A DNA stretch of 64,000 nucleotides, from contig NW_027138407.1 in assembly GCF_035084215.1 (NCBI RefSeq), forward strand, positions 1,054,001 through 1,118,000, read 5' to 3'. Positions 1-11,408 of this stretch are shown here, in pieces. Each line of letters starts with the position of its first letter. Positions within the stretch are counted from its first letter, which is position 1. The notes under the pieces were generated by a model. That model was not told the DNA's origin and made no database searches. It saw only the letters and a list, made by a program, of their open reading frames with translations. The DNA is from Heptranchias perlo (taxonomy: Eukaryota). Both the position numbers and the translations under genes were made by a program.

Positions 1-499
1 TAAAATGCGTTCTTTAGATATGATTCATTTAGCAACGGTGAGACACGCCTGACTAAACATTTGCACAATTAATGAGATTGCAGGCAGAAAGGAAGGAATG
101 GCGGAAAGCCGAAAGTATTGTGAAAATTATTATTGAATTCAACAAAACGCGGATTTTATTTCATTAATCTATCTGTAAACTGTAAGCTGCCGGTTTTCAA
201 TTGAACAGATCTGCTGGTTAAGAGCCTACTCGACAGCTGAGGCCGTGTAACTGACAGATACCCGCGCCCAACCGTGAAATCTTATCTAGTATTTTCCAAT
301 CAAATCTGGGATAATGAGACGGAATTTAACAAACCAGTCTGACATCGTTTACCTTTCTGCCATTTGTTCAGTTCATTAGGTTTCTGCTAATTTAATGAAT
401 TATTATCTTGCTGCTTTACACTAATTGTAGTGGAACTTAATTTTAGTAAAGCTCAGGTGCTAATTAATTAAATTACGTGCAACAAGTGAAGTGCAGAAA

Positions 500-918
500 A
501 AAGACTTGCATTTAAACAGCGCCTTTAACGACCTCGGGACGTCACAAAGCGCTTTACAGCCAACGAAGTACTTTTTGAAGTTTTGTCACTGTTTTCATAT
601 TGGAAACGCGGCAGCCATTTTGTACATAGCAAGCTCCCGGAAACAGCAATTTGATAAATGATCAGATAATCTGTTTTGGTGATGTTGGTTGAGGGACAAA
701 TATTGGCCAGGACACCGGGGAGAACTCTCCCGCTCTTCTTCCAATCGTGGCCGTGAAATCTTTTACATCCATCTCAGAGGGCAGACGCGGCCTCGGTTTA
801 ACACCTCATCCGTAGACGGCACCTCGGACAGTCCAGCACTCCCTCAGTACCGGCGCCGGAGTTTCGGCCTGGATTGTGTGCCCCAGTGTCTGGAGTGGAA
901 ATTGAATCCACAACCTTT
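500..918 (-). mobile_element. DeuSINE/SacSINE1-like tRNA-derived SINE
   Basis: Reverse complement shows a B-box-like head and the Deu-domain GTACTGAGGGAGTGCTG...GAGGTGCCGTC...TTAAACCGAGG, with tail GGCGCTGTTTAAATGCAAG. Several related copies occur in the window. Confidence 0.75.
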
Positions 919-1254
919 ACTAAATAGGTTATTTCTGCAGAAGACTTGAGTTATTGACCGGAGACTAGCGGTCGACTTGAAAAGATACGTAAACCTTTTT
1001 TGTCGTTAGTGAGGGACAATGTTTACGATACGACTCCTTTGCACCTGTGAGTCTCGCTTTCTCAGAGACTTTATTCTAACCCATCTGTAGTTCTTGAGAT
1101 GTGACCCGGGCGACCGTAAACACAGAACCACACGGATACAAGGACTGGTGAACATCACGCTGCTAAACTGTGCAGGAGGATGGTGCCTCAGACCCGGGCA
1201 CCAGTCAGTCAACATTTAGTGCTCTCGGATAGCAGATTATAGACAAGACATAGG

Positions 1255-1735
1255 GACATCAGAACACAGGAACAGGAGGAGGCCATTCAGCTCCTGGAGC
1301 CTGTTCCGCCGTTCACTTCGATCACAGCTCATCTGCATCTTAACTCCATCTACGCGCTTTGATTCCGTCATCCTTAATACCCTGGCCCATCAATCACAGT
1401 TTTGAAATTGTCAATTAACCCCCAACATCAACAACATTTTTTTGGATGGGCGGGGGAGTTTGGGGGGGGGGGGTGAATTCCAGATTTCCACTAACCTTTG
1501 AATGAAGAAGTGCTTCCTGGCATCAACCCGAAAGTTCTAGCTCTAATTTTAAGGTTATGCCTCTTATTCTGGACTCCATCATCAGATGAAATAGTTTATC
1601 TCTAACTAACTTATCAACCCACTTTAATCATTTTAAGCAATTAGGCCAGCCCTTAATCTTCCATGTTCATGGGATTACAAGTCTAGTCTATGCAACATGT
1701 CCTCATAATTTAAACCTTTTAAACCCGGTGTCATT
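1255..1735 (-). mobile_element. CR1-type LINE 3' fragment (degenerate)
   Basis: GAACAGGAGGAGGCCATTCAGCTCCTGGAGCCTGTTCCGCC 3'-end motif shared with other CR1 copies here, followed by degenerate reverse ORF2 C-terminus. Confidence 0.75.
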
Positions 1736-2794
1736 AGCGGTCCAGGTATTTTCCTATGGGGTTCCGTGCCTGCAATATCTCCTTGGGAATTAATCTATTC
1801 CTTGGGGATTGAACTGAGACCAATCCGGGTCTAAACTCACCCATGTTAAACCCAGGCCTTTCCCGATTGACACGTTGTAGCGTGGTGACAGCAACACTTT
1901 AAACACTGAGAAACTGAGACCTGTGCGTGTTTGCAAGGGAATGGAAGGGAATTAAGTGCAGGGATAGGGAGAGGGAGGGGGACAGAAGTGGGGGGGGGGG
2001 CGGCGGGGGGCGCGGATAGAGGGTGGGAAAGGGATTGGAAACCCAAAAGAGTTTTTAATATTCTGTGTAAGACCCTACTCACACCCGTCCTGGAGTACGC
2101 TGCCTTGCGATGTGTTTCTCCAAATCATGGGTGAGCTGGTGTTATCGATGAAACGAAAGAGAGGCTGCCTGGGTATGGTTCTAGATATACCAGCTGCAGA
2201 TATGAGGAAAGATTCAGCGAGTTGTGCTTCATTTCTTTGGATCGAGGAGACTTCCAGATGATTCACTTCACCTTTCCAATATTGTAAAGGGAATAAAAAA
2301 AACTGATCCTGGGAATTGACCACTGATGTGAAAGGTATAAATATCAGGGATAAGAAAATGCAGATCGGATACTCAGGAGTAAAAAAAGGGACGGTACGGA
2401 GGGGAGGCGGGATTTATTCACCCAAAATATAACAAGGTATTCTAGATTGACAGATAGGTGCAGATAGTTAAATAGATCAGTTCAATTCACATCTGCGATA
2501 AGACTCGAAGAACTGCCGCCAATGAATGACAGGGTACTGGGCATTGTGGTGAATTTATACCCTGTCACTTACCCCGTGGAATTCAGCTCGGACCATTGCG
2601 ATTAATCTCTGCCCTCGGATGAAACTGGATGGAATTCAGAGTCGCAGATGGTCTGAATGAATTGTTCTAGCCCAGTTATACACCGATCATTCTGGAACTT
2701 CTTTGCAATAAAACGCAAGTTATATTTAGTCATTAAATTGAAAGGATTGTGCAAAATGCTGGAGTAAAATATAAAAGATTTTCCATGTTATTAA

Positions 2795-3000
2795 ATAGCA
2801 GCGTCGAACCGAGCCCAAAGCGGTTTCACTGCGAATGAATTAATTTTCAAGTGTCGTCATTGTTGGTTTGTAGGGAAATGCAGCAGTCAATTTTCAGAGC
2901 AAATTTCCAAAAACTTCAATCAGATAAATGAGCAAATCAACTTTTTTTCTCCAAGTGGTGTTGCTTGAGAAAGAAATGTTGGCTACAACACCAGCAAAAC
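2795..3000 (-). mobile_element. Degenerate DeuSINE fragment
   Basis: Similar to the tail half of the 500-918 element. Confidence 0.5.
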
Positions 3001-3242
3001 TGATCAACTTCCATCTTTAGATCCAATAAAAGGTATTTTTTGAGGTAGTGTGAAAAGGTGATTACTTTTGTAATGTGATAGGGGTCGGGGAAAGAAAGTT
3101 GTGTTCCTAAGCAGGGTATTGATAGGAGCTGATCAGCAAATGATGGAAATAATTTACCCTGCAGTCATATTTCGAGTTCTGTGATTATTTTGTAGTCACG
3201 GGTTACAGAGTCTAACTTGTTCAATTGGCCATTCTTTCCCAG

Positions 3243-3539
3243 TGACACCGTCTCCCCCTAAACTCTACGGACTGGTCTCCTGTGAACAACTCAACACTGA
3301 CGGCTCCGTGGCCTACGGCTGTTTGGCGATGGACTACACCCCCGAAATCACCAACCTCTCCTGGAGGAAAGAAGACCAACCGATCGCCACTGGATTCAAG
3401 ACCTACCCGTCAGTGCTGAACAAGAAGGGAACCTACACCCTGAGCAGCCAGTTAACGATCCCCAAGTCAGAGGTGGGGAGCAGCAAAATCTACTGCGAGG
3501 TTCGACGTGGCGAGTCGCACTGGAGCAAGGAAATGCCAG
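3243..3539 (+). CDS. IGHM: IgM heavy chain Cmu1 exon, cluster 1
   Basis: Acceptor cccag at 3241-3242 and donor GTTAGT at 3540; 297 nt, phase 1. Encodes (V)[15 protein letters not shown]...YGCLAMDY...W...KIYCEVRR, a C1-set Ig domain matching shark Cmu1. Confidence 0.97.
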
Positions 3540-3569
3540 GTTAGTGTTTTGGGCTACAGGTGAAAAATT

Positions 3570-4195
3570 GTTAAATATCTGCGAAAAGCGGAGAGATTAC
3601 GTTGAACTTGTATAGAACCTCGGTTAGACCACTCTTGGTGTACTGTGTACATTTTTGGTCTCCATATCATAATTCGAGTCGTGTTCACAATTCTGGTCTC
3701 CATAATACAAAAAGAATATAGAGGCACTGAAGACGGTGCAGAAAAGATGCATGTGTATGATACCAGAACTGAGAAGTTACAACTTTCAAGAAAGATTGAG
3801 CAGGCTGGGGCTCCTTTTTTAGAAAAGAAAAGGCTAAGAGGTGACATAATGAAGATCTTCAAAATGATGAAGGGGTTTGAAAGGGAGTTGTAGGGAAAAT
3901 ATTTCTGCTTGTGGGGGAATCCAACAGAAGGGGTCATAAATAGAAGATAGTAACAAATTATTCCAATAGGGCATTGAAGAGAAACGCCATTGCCCAGACA
4001 TGGTTAGAATGTGCAACTCGCTACCACATGGAATAGTTGAGGCGAATTGCATAGATGCATTGAAGGGAAAGCTAGATAATACTGGAAGGAGAAAGGCATA
4101 GATAAAGTAGGTTGGGAGGATCGTGTGGATCATAAACACCGGCATAGACCAGTTGGGACGAATGGCCTGTTTCTGTGTGGTAGATTCTATTTAAT
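3570..4195 (+). mobile_element. CR1 LINE 3' fragment in the Cmu1-Cmu2 intron
   Basis: Translates to ...LEKKRLRGDIMKIFKMMKGF (CR1 ORF2 C-terminal motif); 3' UTR GAATGGCCTGTTTCTGTG. Confidence 0.8.
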
Positions 4196-4275
4196 TATAT
4201 ATTTAAAAAAAACTTTGCAGTTGTTAATTGTTCCGGTTGTAACAGAAAATCCTAATAAAATATGTTCCCTTGAAG

Positions 4276-4584
4276 ATCCTGTGGTACATCATCCAACTCT
4301 AATCCTCACGGTGAGTTCCAGTGAAGAAATCACAAGCAGCAGAGCTGCAACTATCGTGTGTTCAATCGTCGAATTCCGTCCAAATTCAATAACCGTGAAT
4401 TGGCTGAAGAATGGACAACCCATGGATTCGGGGTTCGTCACCTCTCCTGCCTGTGAAGTGAACGGGAACTTCACGGCGACCAGTCGGCTGACAGTCCCCG
4501 CCGGGGAATGGTACAACGGCTTCACATATACTTGTCAGGTCTCTCATCGAGAGTTCATCCAAAGCCGAAACATCACCAGACCAG
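4276..4584 (+). CDS. IGHM: IgM Cmu2 exon, cluster 1
   Basis: ttgaag|ATCCT...CCAG|gtaaga; 309 nt. [21 protein letters not shown]...CSI...[16 protein letters not shown]...YTCQVSH. Confidence 0.96.
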
Positions 4585-4734
4585 GTAAGAGCTTCAACTC
4601 TCGGAAGATCCAGATCATTGTGAGCGCCGATTTCAATAAAAGTTAAGAATCTTATCGGAATTAGTACACAACACAGAACAATTTCTAATGTTCAAGCATG
4701 CAGTTCGTACTCCCTTCCAATATCAAAGAAGAGA

Positions 4735-5115
4735 AAGAAACACTTGCATTTATCCTCAGTACATCCCAAAGTGTTTTACAGACAATTAATAATTTTTGAA
4801 GGGTAGGCACTGTTGTAATGTCGGAAACGAAGAAGCCAATGTTCACACAGCCAGATCTCATAAGCAGCAACGTGATAATAACCAGACAATGTGTATTGTA
4901 TGTTGCTTGAGGGTTACATATTGGCCCAGGACACAGCGGAGTACTCCCCTGCTGTCCTTCGAAATAGGATATTTTGTGTCCCACTCAGAGGGCAGGTGCC
5001 TCGCGCCAAAGACATCACCTCCAACAGTGCAGCGCCCTCTCAGCACTCCACTGGGAGTGCGACCTTGCACTTTGTGCTCACGTGACTGGAGTGAGACTTG
5101 AACCCACAACCTTCC
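4735..5115 (-). mobile_element. DeuSINE copy (paralogue at 46765-47110)
   Basis: Same Deu-domain and tail motifs as 500-918. Confidence 0.7.
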
Positions 5116-5319
5116 AACGCAGGGTCCCTCACGGTTCCGGATTTCATGACCTCGCCAAAGAAGGTTTCCATCTGCTGTGATGTCAGCCAGTGTGTGAGGT
5201 GTCCTTGGTCTCAGGTTTATCCTGAGTTAACTGATCGTATTCGGAGCAGCAGAAGGTGCCTGGAACCGTTTTTGGATAGCTATTCGGCGATCCCATGCTT
5301 AAAAGGGCAACTATTCTAT

Positions 5320-5850
5320 ATCGGGTACGACATTCAGTTCTGGGCATCCCACCTCAGGAAGGATATATTGGCATCGGAAAGTTTACAAGCATGATACCGG
5401 GATTAAAAGGGTTAAATTATGAGGACGCTCCGCATAGACTGGGCTTGATTTCCCTCGAGTATAGAAGATTGAGGAGTAACGTAAGTGAGGTGTTTAAGAT
5501 GATAAAAGGATTTAATTGAGCAGGTAGAGAGAAACTATTTCCTCTGGTGGTGGAGTCCAGAACAGGGGGGCAGAACCTTAAAATTAGAGCTAGGCCGTTC
5601 AGGGGTGATGTCAGGAAAGACTTCTTCACACAAAGGGGAGTGGAAATCTGAACCCTCTTCCCCCAATAAGCTGTTATGGCTTGGTGTGAATTGAAAATTT
5701 CAAAACTGATACTGATAGATTTTTGTGAGGTAGGGGTATTAAGGGATACAGAAACAAGGCGGGTAGATTGAGTTAAGATAGATCAGCCGTGATCTAATTT
5801 AATGTCGGTAAAGTCTCGAGGGGCTGAGTGACGCTCTCCTGTTCCTATGT
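5320..5850 (+). mobile_element. CR1 LINE 3' fragment
   Basis: QFWASHLRKDILA / MIPGLKGLNYED / LEYRRLRS...VFKMIKGF motifs, frameshifted. Confidence 0.8.
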
Positions 5851-6565
5851 TCCGATTACTGCCCTGCTGTCATATCTCTTTCTGATTCTCTCTCTCCAGA
5901 ATGACAGATGAGAAATGCTCACTTATGACATTATTAGCAAACGACCCCATTATAAACAGCATTACAAACGGCATTACAAACTATTGTCCACCATAAAATG
6001 TTTTTTGGCACTTCATTCTCCCGACATTGCACTTCTCCTCTGAGGGGGACTGCGACTAATTCATTATAATCGCCCCAAAAATCGCGACAAGGAACCAGAA
6101 AGTTAACTTAGTTTCCAGTTACGCCTAAAATCCGGGATATAATTTGACACTCGTTTTGAACCAGCGCAATTTGCGTGTACAGCTGCTGAGCCTGGAGACA
6201 GAGCCATTGTCGTCAGCGGAGATGCGTTGGGGCACAAGGATCGATAGGCGGGAGAAAAGAACAATGGTTTTGGACATATCGTAATTCCATCCGTAGCACG
6301 CTTGCGCCCGAGTTTAATCAAATTATTGCGCCGGTATTTGCTTCACAGCCCATTGCAGGTGTCTCTGGGTGCAAATAAACAGAAAATGTTAAGTCTCCCG
6401 AACTCGTTGCCAATTCGTTGTCCTTATAATAACGATGGTGTTTACGTAACGCGAAGTGGTTGATATCTCAAAGCTAATTTATTCTCCTTGAGAGATTGAG
6501 GCCTGAATACTGGTGTCCTGATTGTGAAGAAGAAGGTTTGCTTGACTTTCGTTACCGTTTCACAG

Positions 6566-6874
6566 ATCCTTCCTCATGTGGTGGTCCAGTGATTACTATT
6601 CCGCAACCGTCACAAGAACAGGTCTTACTGGAGGCGACGGTGACATTAACCTGCATCGTAACTGATGCTCCTTATGGAATCAACGTGACCTGGACTCGAG
6701 AAAAGCTGCCTTTGAAATCAGAGATTGCCACCCAACCCGGAAAGGATCCCGATAGCGTGATCAGCAAAATAAACATCTCGACACAAGACTGGCTGAGTGG
6801 GGAGAAGTTCTACTGCGTGGTGAGTCACCAGGATCTGCCGACTCCTGTAAGAGATTTCATCTGCAAGAAAAAAG
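6566..6874 (+). CDS. IGHM: IgM Cmu3 exon, cluster 1
   Basis: tttcacag|ATCC...AAAG|gtgagc; 309 nt. [13 protein letters not shown]...W...[13 protein letters not shown] is typical shark Cmu3. Confidence 0.97.
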
Positions 6875-6929
6875 GTGAGCGGTGAGACTGTAGAAATAAG
6901 TGAGACGTTGTGACAATTGCCAAAGATTG

Positions 6930-7878
6930 TGCAAGAACCAATTCGTTCTGCCTAAGTCTTTTAATGGGCTAATCTAAAGCAGTAGATGTAATATATTTGG
7001 ATTTTCCACAGGCCGTCGATAATGTGCCACTTTGTAGATTCGTGGCTAAGGTCAGAGCATATGGAGTAAGTGCACAGGTAGCAGAATGGATAGTATGTTG
7101 GCAACAAAACAGGAAACAGAGAGTGGTGTTTATGGCTAGCTACTAAGACTGGCAAAATGTGGGAAGTGTTGTTCCACAGAGACAACTGGTGCTGGGACCA
7201 CTGTTGTTCACAATTTACATCAATGATTTGGAGTCGGGAATCGGAAGTACAATTTCAAAATTTGCGGATCAGAAGAAATTGGCGAGTTAATGCAAAGGAA
7301 GAAAGCGTTAAAATGTAAGAAGACAAAAATAAATTTCCAGAATGCCCGTGGAATTGGCAAATGAATTTCAATATAGATAAATGTGAGGTGATGCATTTTG
7401 TTAGGAAGGATAAGGAGGCCACATATTGCTTGGATAATAAGAGTCTAAATTGGGTAGAGGTGCAGAGGGATCTGGGGGTACACAAATCACTATAACTGGC
7501 CACGCAGGTTAATATGGCCCAAAAAAAGGAAAACCAAACAGTGCGGCTGATTTATTGATGGATGGAATCGAAAAGCAGAAAGGTTATGTTAAACTTGTGT
7601 AGAGCCTTGGATAGACCACACTTGTGATCTCCATGTTATAAAAAGGACATAGAGGCGTTGGAGAAGGTGAAAAAAGATACCCAAGGAAGATATCAGAACT
7701 CAGAGGCCATACCAGGAAAGATTAAAGAAGCTGGGACTCCTTTCTCTGGAAAAGAGCAGCCTGTGGAGTAACCTGATGGAGGTCATTTAGATAATGAAAA
7801 GGTTTGATAGGCTAGACGGAGAGAAAATATTCCCACTTGGGGGGAAGTCCAAAACTGTAGGCCTCCAATGTAAGATAG
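6930..7878 (+). mobile_element. Degenerate CR1 RT fragment in the Cmu3-Cmu4 intron
   Basis: DVIYLDF, VLGPLLFTIYINDL and KCEVMHF remnants with stops and frameshifts. Confidence 0.8.
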
Positions 7879-7966
7879 CCAAGCATATTTCTCTAACATC
7901 CAACCACAGGTTTCATTGTCTCTGGAACTCTCCAGTTTATTGACATTGATTGTCATTGTTCTGCAG

Positions 7967-8355
7967 CTGAAAATCCCAGGGAACCGTCCGTGTCTGTCCT
8001 CCTGCCCGTGGCAGAAGTCTCCGCTCAGAGGTTTGTGACGCTCACCTGCTTAGTGAGGGGTTTCTCCCCCCGAGAAATCTTCGTCAAATGGACCGTCAAT
8101 GAAGAGCCGGTGAATTCCAGCAAGTACAAGAACACCGAGGTGATGGCGGAGAACGGCAGCAGCTCCTTCTTCATGTACAGCCTGTTATTCGTGTCGGCGG
8201 AGGAGTGGACCAGCGGTACTTCTTACTCTTGTGTGGTGGGACATGAAGCGATCCCTTTGAAGATCATGAACAGAACAGTTAATAAATCGAGCGGTAAACC
8301 TAGTTTTGTGAACATTTCACTTGTGCTGATGGACACCGTAAATTCTTGTCAATGA
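7967..8355 (+). CDS. IGHM: IgM Cmu4 plus secretory tailpiece, cluster 1 (internal membrane-form donor after 8293)
   Basis: ctgcag|CTGAA acceptor. [17 protein letters not shown]...[13 protein letters not shown]...KSS|[20 protein letters not shown], with tail N-glycosylation sequon NIS and penultimate Cys. G|GTAAA donor at 8294. Confidence 0.97.
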
Positions 8356-8393
8356 GAAGCTCTCGGTTGCATTTCAGTTCTTAAATCAAAACC

Positions 8394-8399
8394 AATAAA
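8394..8399 (+). terminator. Secretory-form polyadenylation signal, cluster 1
   Basis: AATAAA 38 nt after the secretory stop; conserved at 51444-51449. Confidence 0.8.
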
Positions 8400-8856
8400 G
8401 GCCTTTTCTTCCAATCGTCAATTAAAGACACTTCCGCTCAATTAATTTTGTTTCCCAATTTTGCCAAAGGGAGGGCTTTTTACGTGAAATAGGATATTTG
8501 CCGATTTCGGGCCCACGGCTTAAAAAGGCCGTGCTCACAGCTCAGATATACCACGGGCTAGAATCACAGTGAAGCTCTTTTATTACAGGGATTCCCCAGT
8601 TAACTTCAGTAACTTTCTTCCCTGTTCCGGGGCACTAAGAAGTTCCCATTTCCGAAAAACAAGCGCTACACATTTAGATATTCGTGTTCCTGTTTTTTGT
8701 CTTGTCCAACCCTTCAGAATTCTGGTCAGTTTTACTTTCACAGAATCCAACCCATTGGGAACTGAAGTGAGGGCCACACACGAACTGATTTCATTTTAAG
8801 ACCATTGAACCGGCAGGTAGAACAGAATTCTGTGCGGCATTGAACTCGGACCAAAG

Positions 8857-10021
8857 AGATGAAAAGGCAATTGTTAACCCACTGCATCCTCTCTCCAGAG
8901 AGAATGTGAAAGGGCAATAGTTAACAGAATGTACCCCGCCTCCCACTCCCTCAACAGAGAGTGTTGAAAGGGCAATTGTTAACGCACTGTACCCCCTACT
9001 CCCCCACCAGAGAAAGGTGAAAGGGCAATTGGTAACTCACTATCCCACCCACCAAAGAGAAGCTAAAGGGCAATTGTCAACCCAATGTACCCCCCACGAC
9101 AGAGAAGTGAATGGGGAATTGTTAACTCACTGTACCCGCTACTACCCCACCAGAGAGAGGTGAAAATGCAATTGATAACGCACAATATCCCGCCAACAGA
9201 GAGAGGGGCCGGGGCAATTGTTATTCCAATGTACCACCTATTCCCCCACTAGAGTGAAGTGAAAATATAATTGTTAAACCAATGTGCACCCCATTCCCCA
9301 CTAGATGGGAAAGGGCGATATTTAACACGCCCTCACCAGTTATAGGTTAAAGGGCAATTGTTAACTCACTGTACCACCGACTCCCCCACCAGAGAATGGT
9401 GAACTTAACCCATCATAACGCAGACGCACCCCCCACCCCCAACTAGGGAAGGGGCAGGACAATTGTTATCAAAATGTACCCCCGACTCCCCCTCCTGAGG
9501 GAACTGAATGTGCAATTGTTAAGCAGATGTACGCCCACAAGTGGGAGGTCAAATGGCAATCGTTAATCCACTGCACCCTCAGAGAGAGGTAAAAGTGCAA
9601 TTGTTAACCCGCTGTATCCACCACTAACTCAGCAGAGAAAGGTGAAAGGGTAATTATCAACCCACTGTTATCCACACTGCCCCACCAGTGAGAGGTGAAA
9701 GGGCAATTGTTAATGCACTGTACACCCCCCACTCCCCCACCGGAGAAAGATGAAAGGGCAATTATTAATCCACTGTACCTTCCTCTACTCCACCAGATAA
9801 ATGTGAAAGGACAATTGTTAACCCACTGTGTCACCACTGCCCGGACAGTGAGAAGTGAAAGGGCAATTATTAACCAACTGCACCTCCCACTCCCTCGCAG
9901 GAGAGAGGTGAAAGGGCAAATATTAACACACTGCACACCTCCCACTCTCCACCAGAGAAACTTGAAAGGGCAATTGTTGCCCCACTGTACGTCCCACTCC
10001 CCCGACAGAGAGAGGGCAATT
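8857..10021. repeat. Degenerate ~50-56-bp minisatellite between Cmu4 and TM1, cluster 1
   Basis: Recurrent GAGAGGTGAAAGGGCAATTGTTAACxCACTGTACCCC...ACTCCCCCACCA, about 20 copies. Confidence 0.92.
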
Positions 10022-10429
10022 CAAGAATTCTCTATTATATCGGCTCAGTTCAGCTTCGAACCAACTGTCCATAGATTCTTAGTTTGCCACATGAGAATTA
10101 TATTCCAAAATTGGAATTTATTCAATTTAATGCCTTTCAATCATGTTTAGGGCAAACTTGTCCGTGTCAATCGTAAACTAATAGATTGAATTTTAATAGT
10201 CCAACATCTGAACCGTTGATGGAATCATCGCCCGGTTTTTACACGGTTGTGTTGCTGATGATTTTGAGGCCAATCAAATGAATTGTTGATTCCATCGGCT
10301 GATGTCACATTGCATCTCACACAGAACACATTTAGACACAGAGCGCGGTAGAATCGTCTCTGTGATAAGCACTGTCAAGATCAGACTCGGTTATTGCTGC
10401 TCTGTGAAACTTAGAGCAAAAGTAAAAAT

Positions 10430-10550
10430 GCGCTCACACAGATAAATAATCACACTAAAACACACATGGACACACGAACACGCAAATAAACATACACACA
10501 AGCACACACACACACACACACATACACATCACACACACACAGACACACAC
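10430..10550. repeat. (CA)n-rich microsatellite (paralogue at 53585-53707)
   Basis: Direct inspection. Confidence 0.9.
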
Positions 10551-11280
10551 ATTGGGACTCACAAACAAAAACTAAACCAAATCAAGAGGTGGCCATAAAC
10601 ACATTCGTAGATACGGTAGGGGACAAATCAAAACTTCAGGCTACAGGCGAATATCGAAATCAACTGTGATACTTGAATGGACACAGTCTCGAAAAAGTAA
10701 CCTGAATAAATAATTCCTGATACCATAACATTTTATATGTCTCTGTTCTGTACTGTCCATACACTGAAGCATTGTTCTCAGTTAGAAACTGATACAAGTT
10801 GCTGATGTTCAAAGTATTTTCATCATAAATAAATGAACAAGATTGCCACTCAACTCCGATTTCTGACCCAGCATTCTTGGCTGTCTCCAAAACAGGAGTT
10901 ATCTAATCCTATAGTTAAAATAACCGACACCAATCAGGTCAGCCCGCTCGTTACTTTACCGTAATATTTCCGAATGATGGATCGTATGAAATTGATCCAA
11001 AAGAAATTGGCATGTGACATTTAAGAAAGAAGCATCATTTTTACCAACATCGAAAGTATGAGGATCATAAGGGAAGATGGCTGTGGAGTTAGGAACAGAG
11101 ATAAATTCCTTAGAGTTATAAACTTAACACAAGAGAGATATTGAAAATTACATTAGAGAGCAGAATAATACCTTATGGAAAAGAAAAGATAATTTAAAAT
11201 ACTACTGCTAATAATAATAAGAATGATATCCTGGTCTAACAAACAATCTGAATATATTTCCTTCTCCCCGTCCCCTGTAG

Positions 11281-11408
11281 ATTCCTCAGACCACATCTGG
11301 ATTGAAGACTATGAGGAAGAGAACGACAACATCTGGACAACCGCTTCCACATTCATCATCCTGTTCTTCCTGAGCATTTTCTACAGCGCTGCCGTCACTC
11401 TAGTAAAG
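11281..11408 (+). CDS. IGHM: IgM transmembrane exon TM1, cluster 1
   Basis: cctgtag|ATTCC...AAG|gtgaga. [43 protein letters not shown] contains the conserved antigen-receptor TM (CART) motif. Confidence 0.97.

Noticed and set aside
8565-8571. Perfect CACAGTG heptamer 3' of Cmu4 (both clusters)
   Set aside because: No credible nonamer at 12 or 23 spacing.
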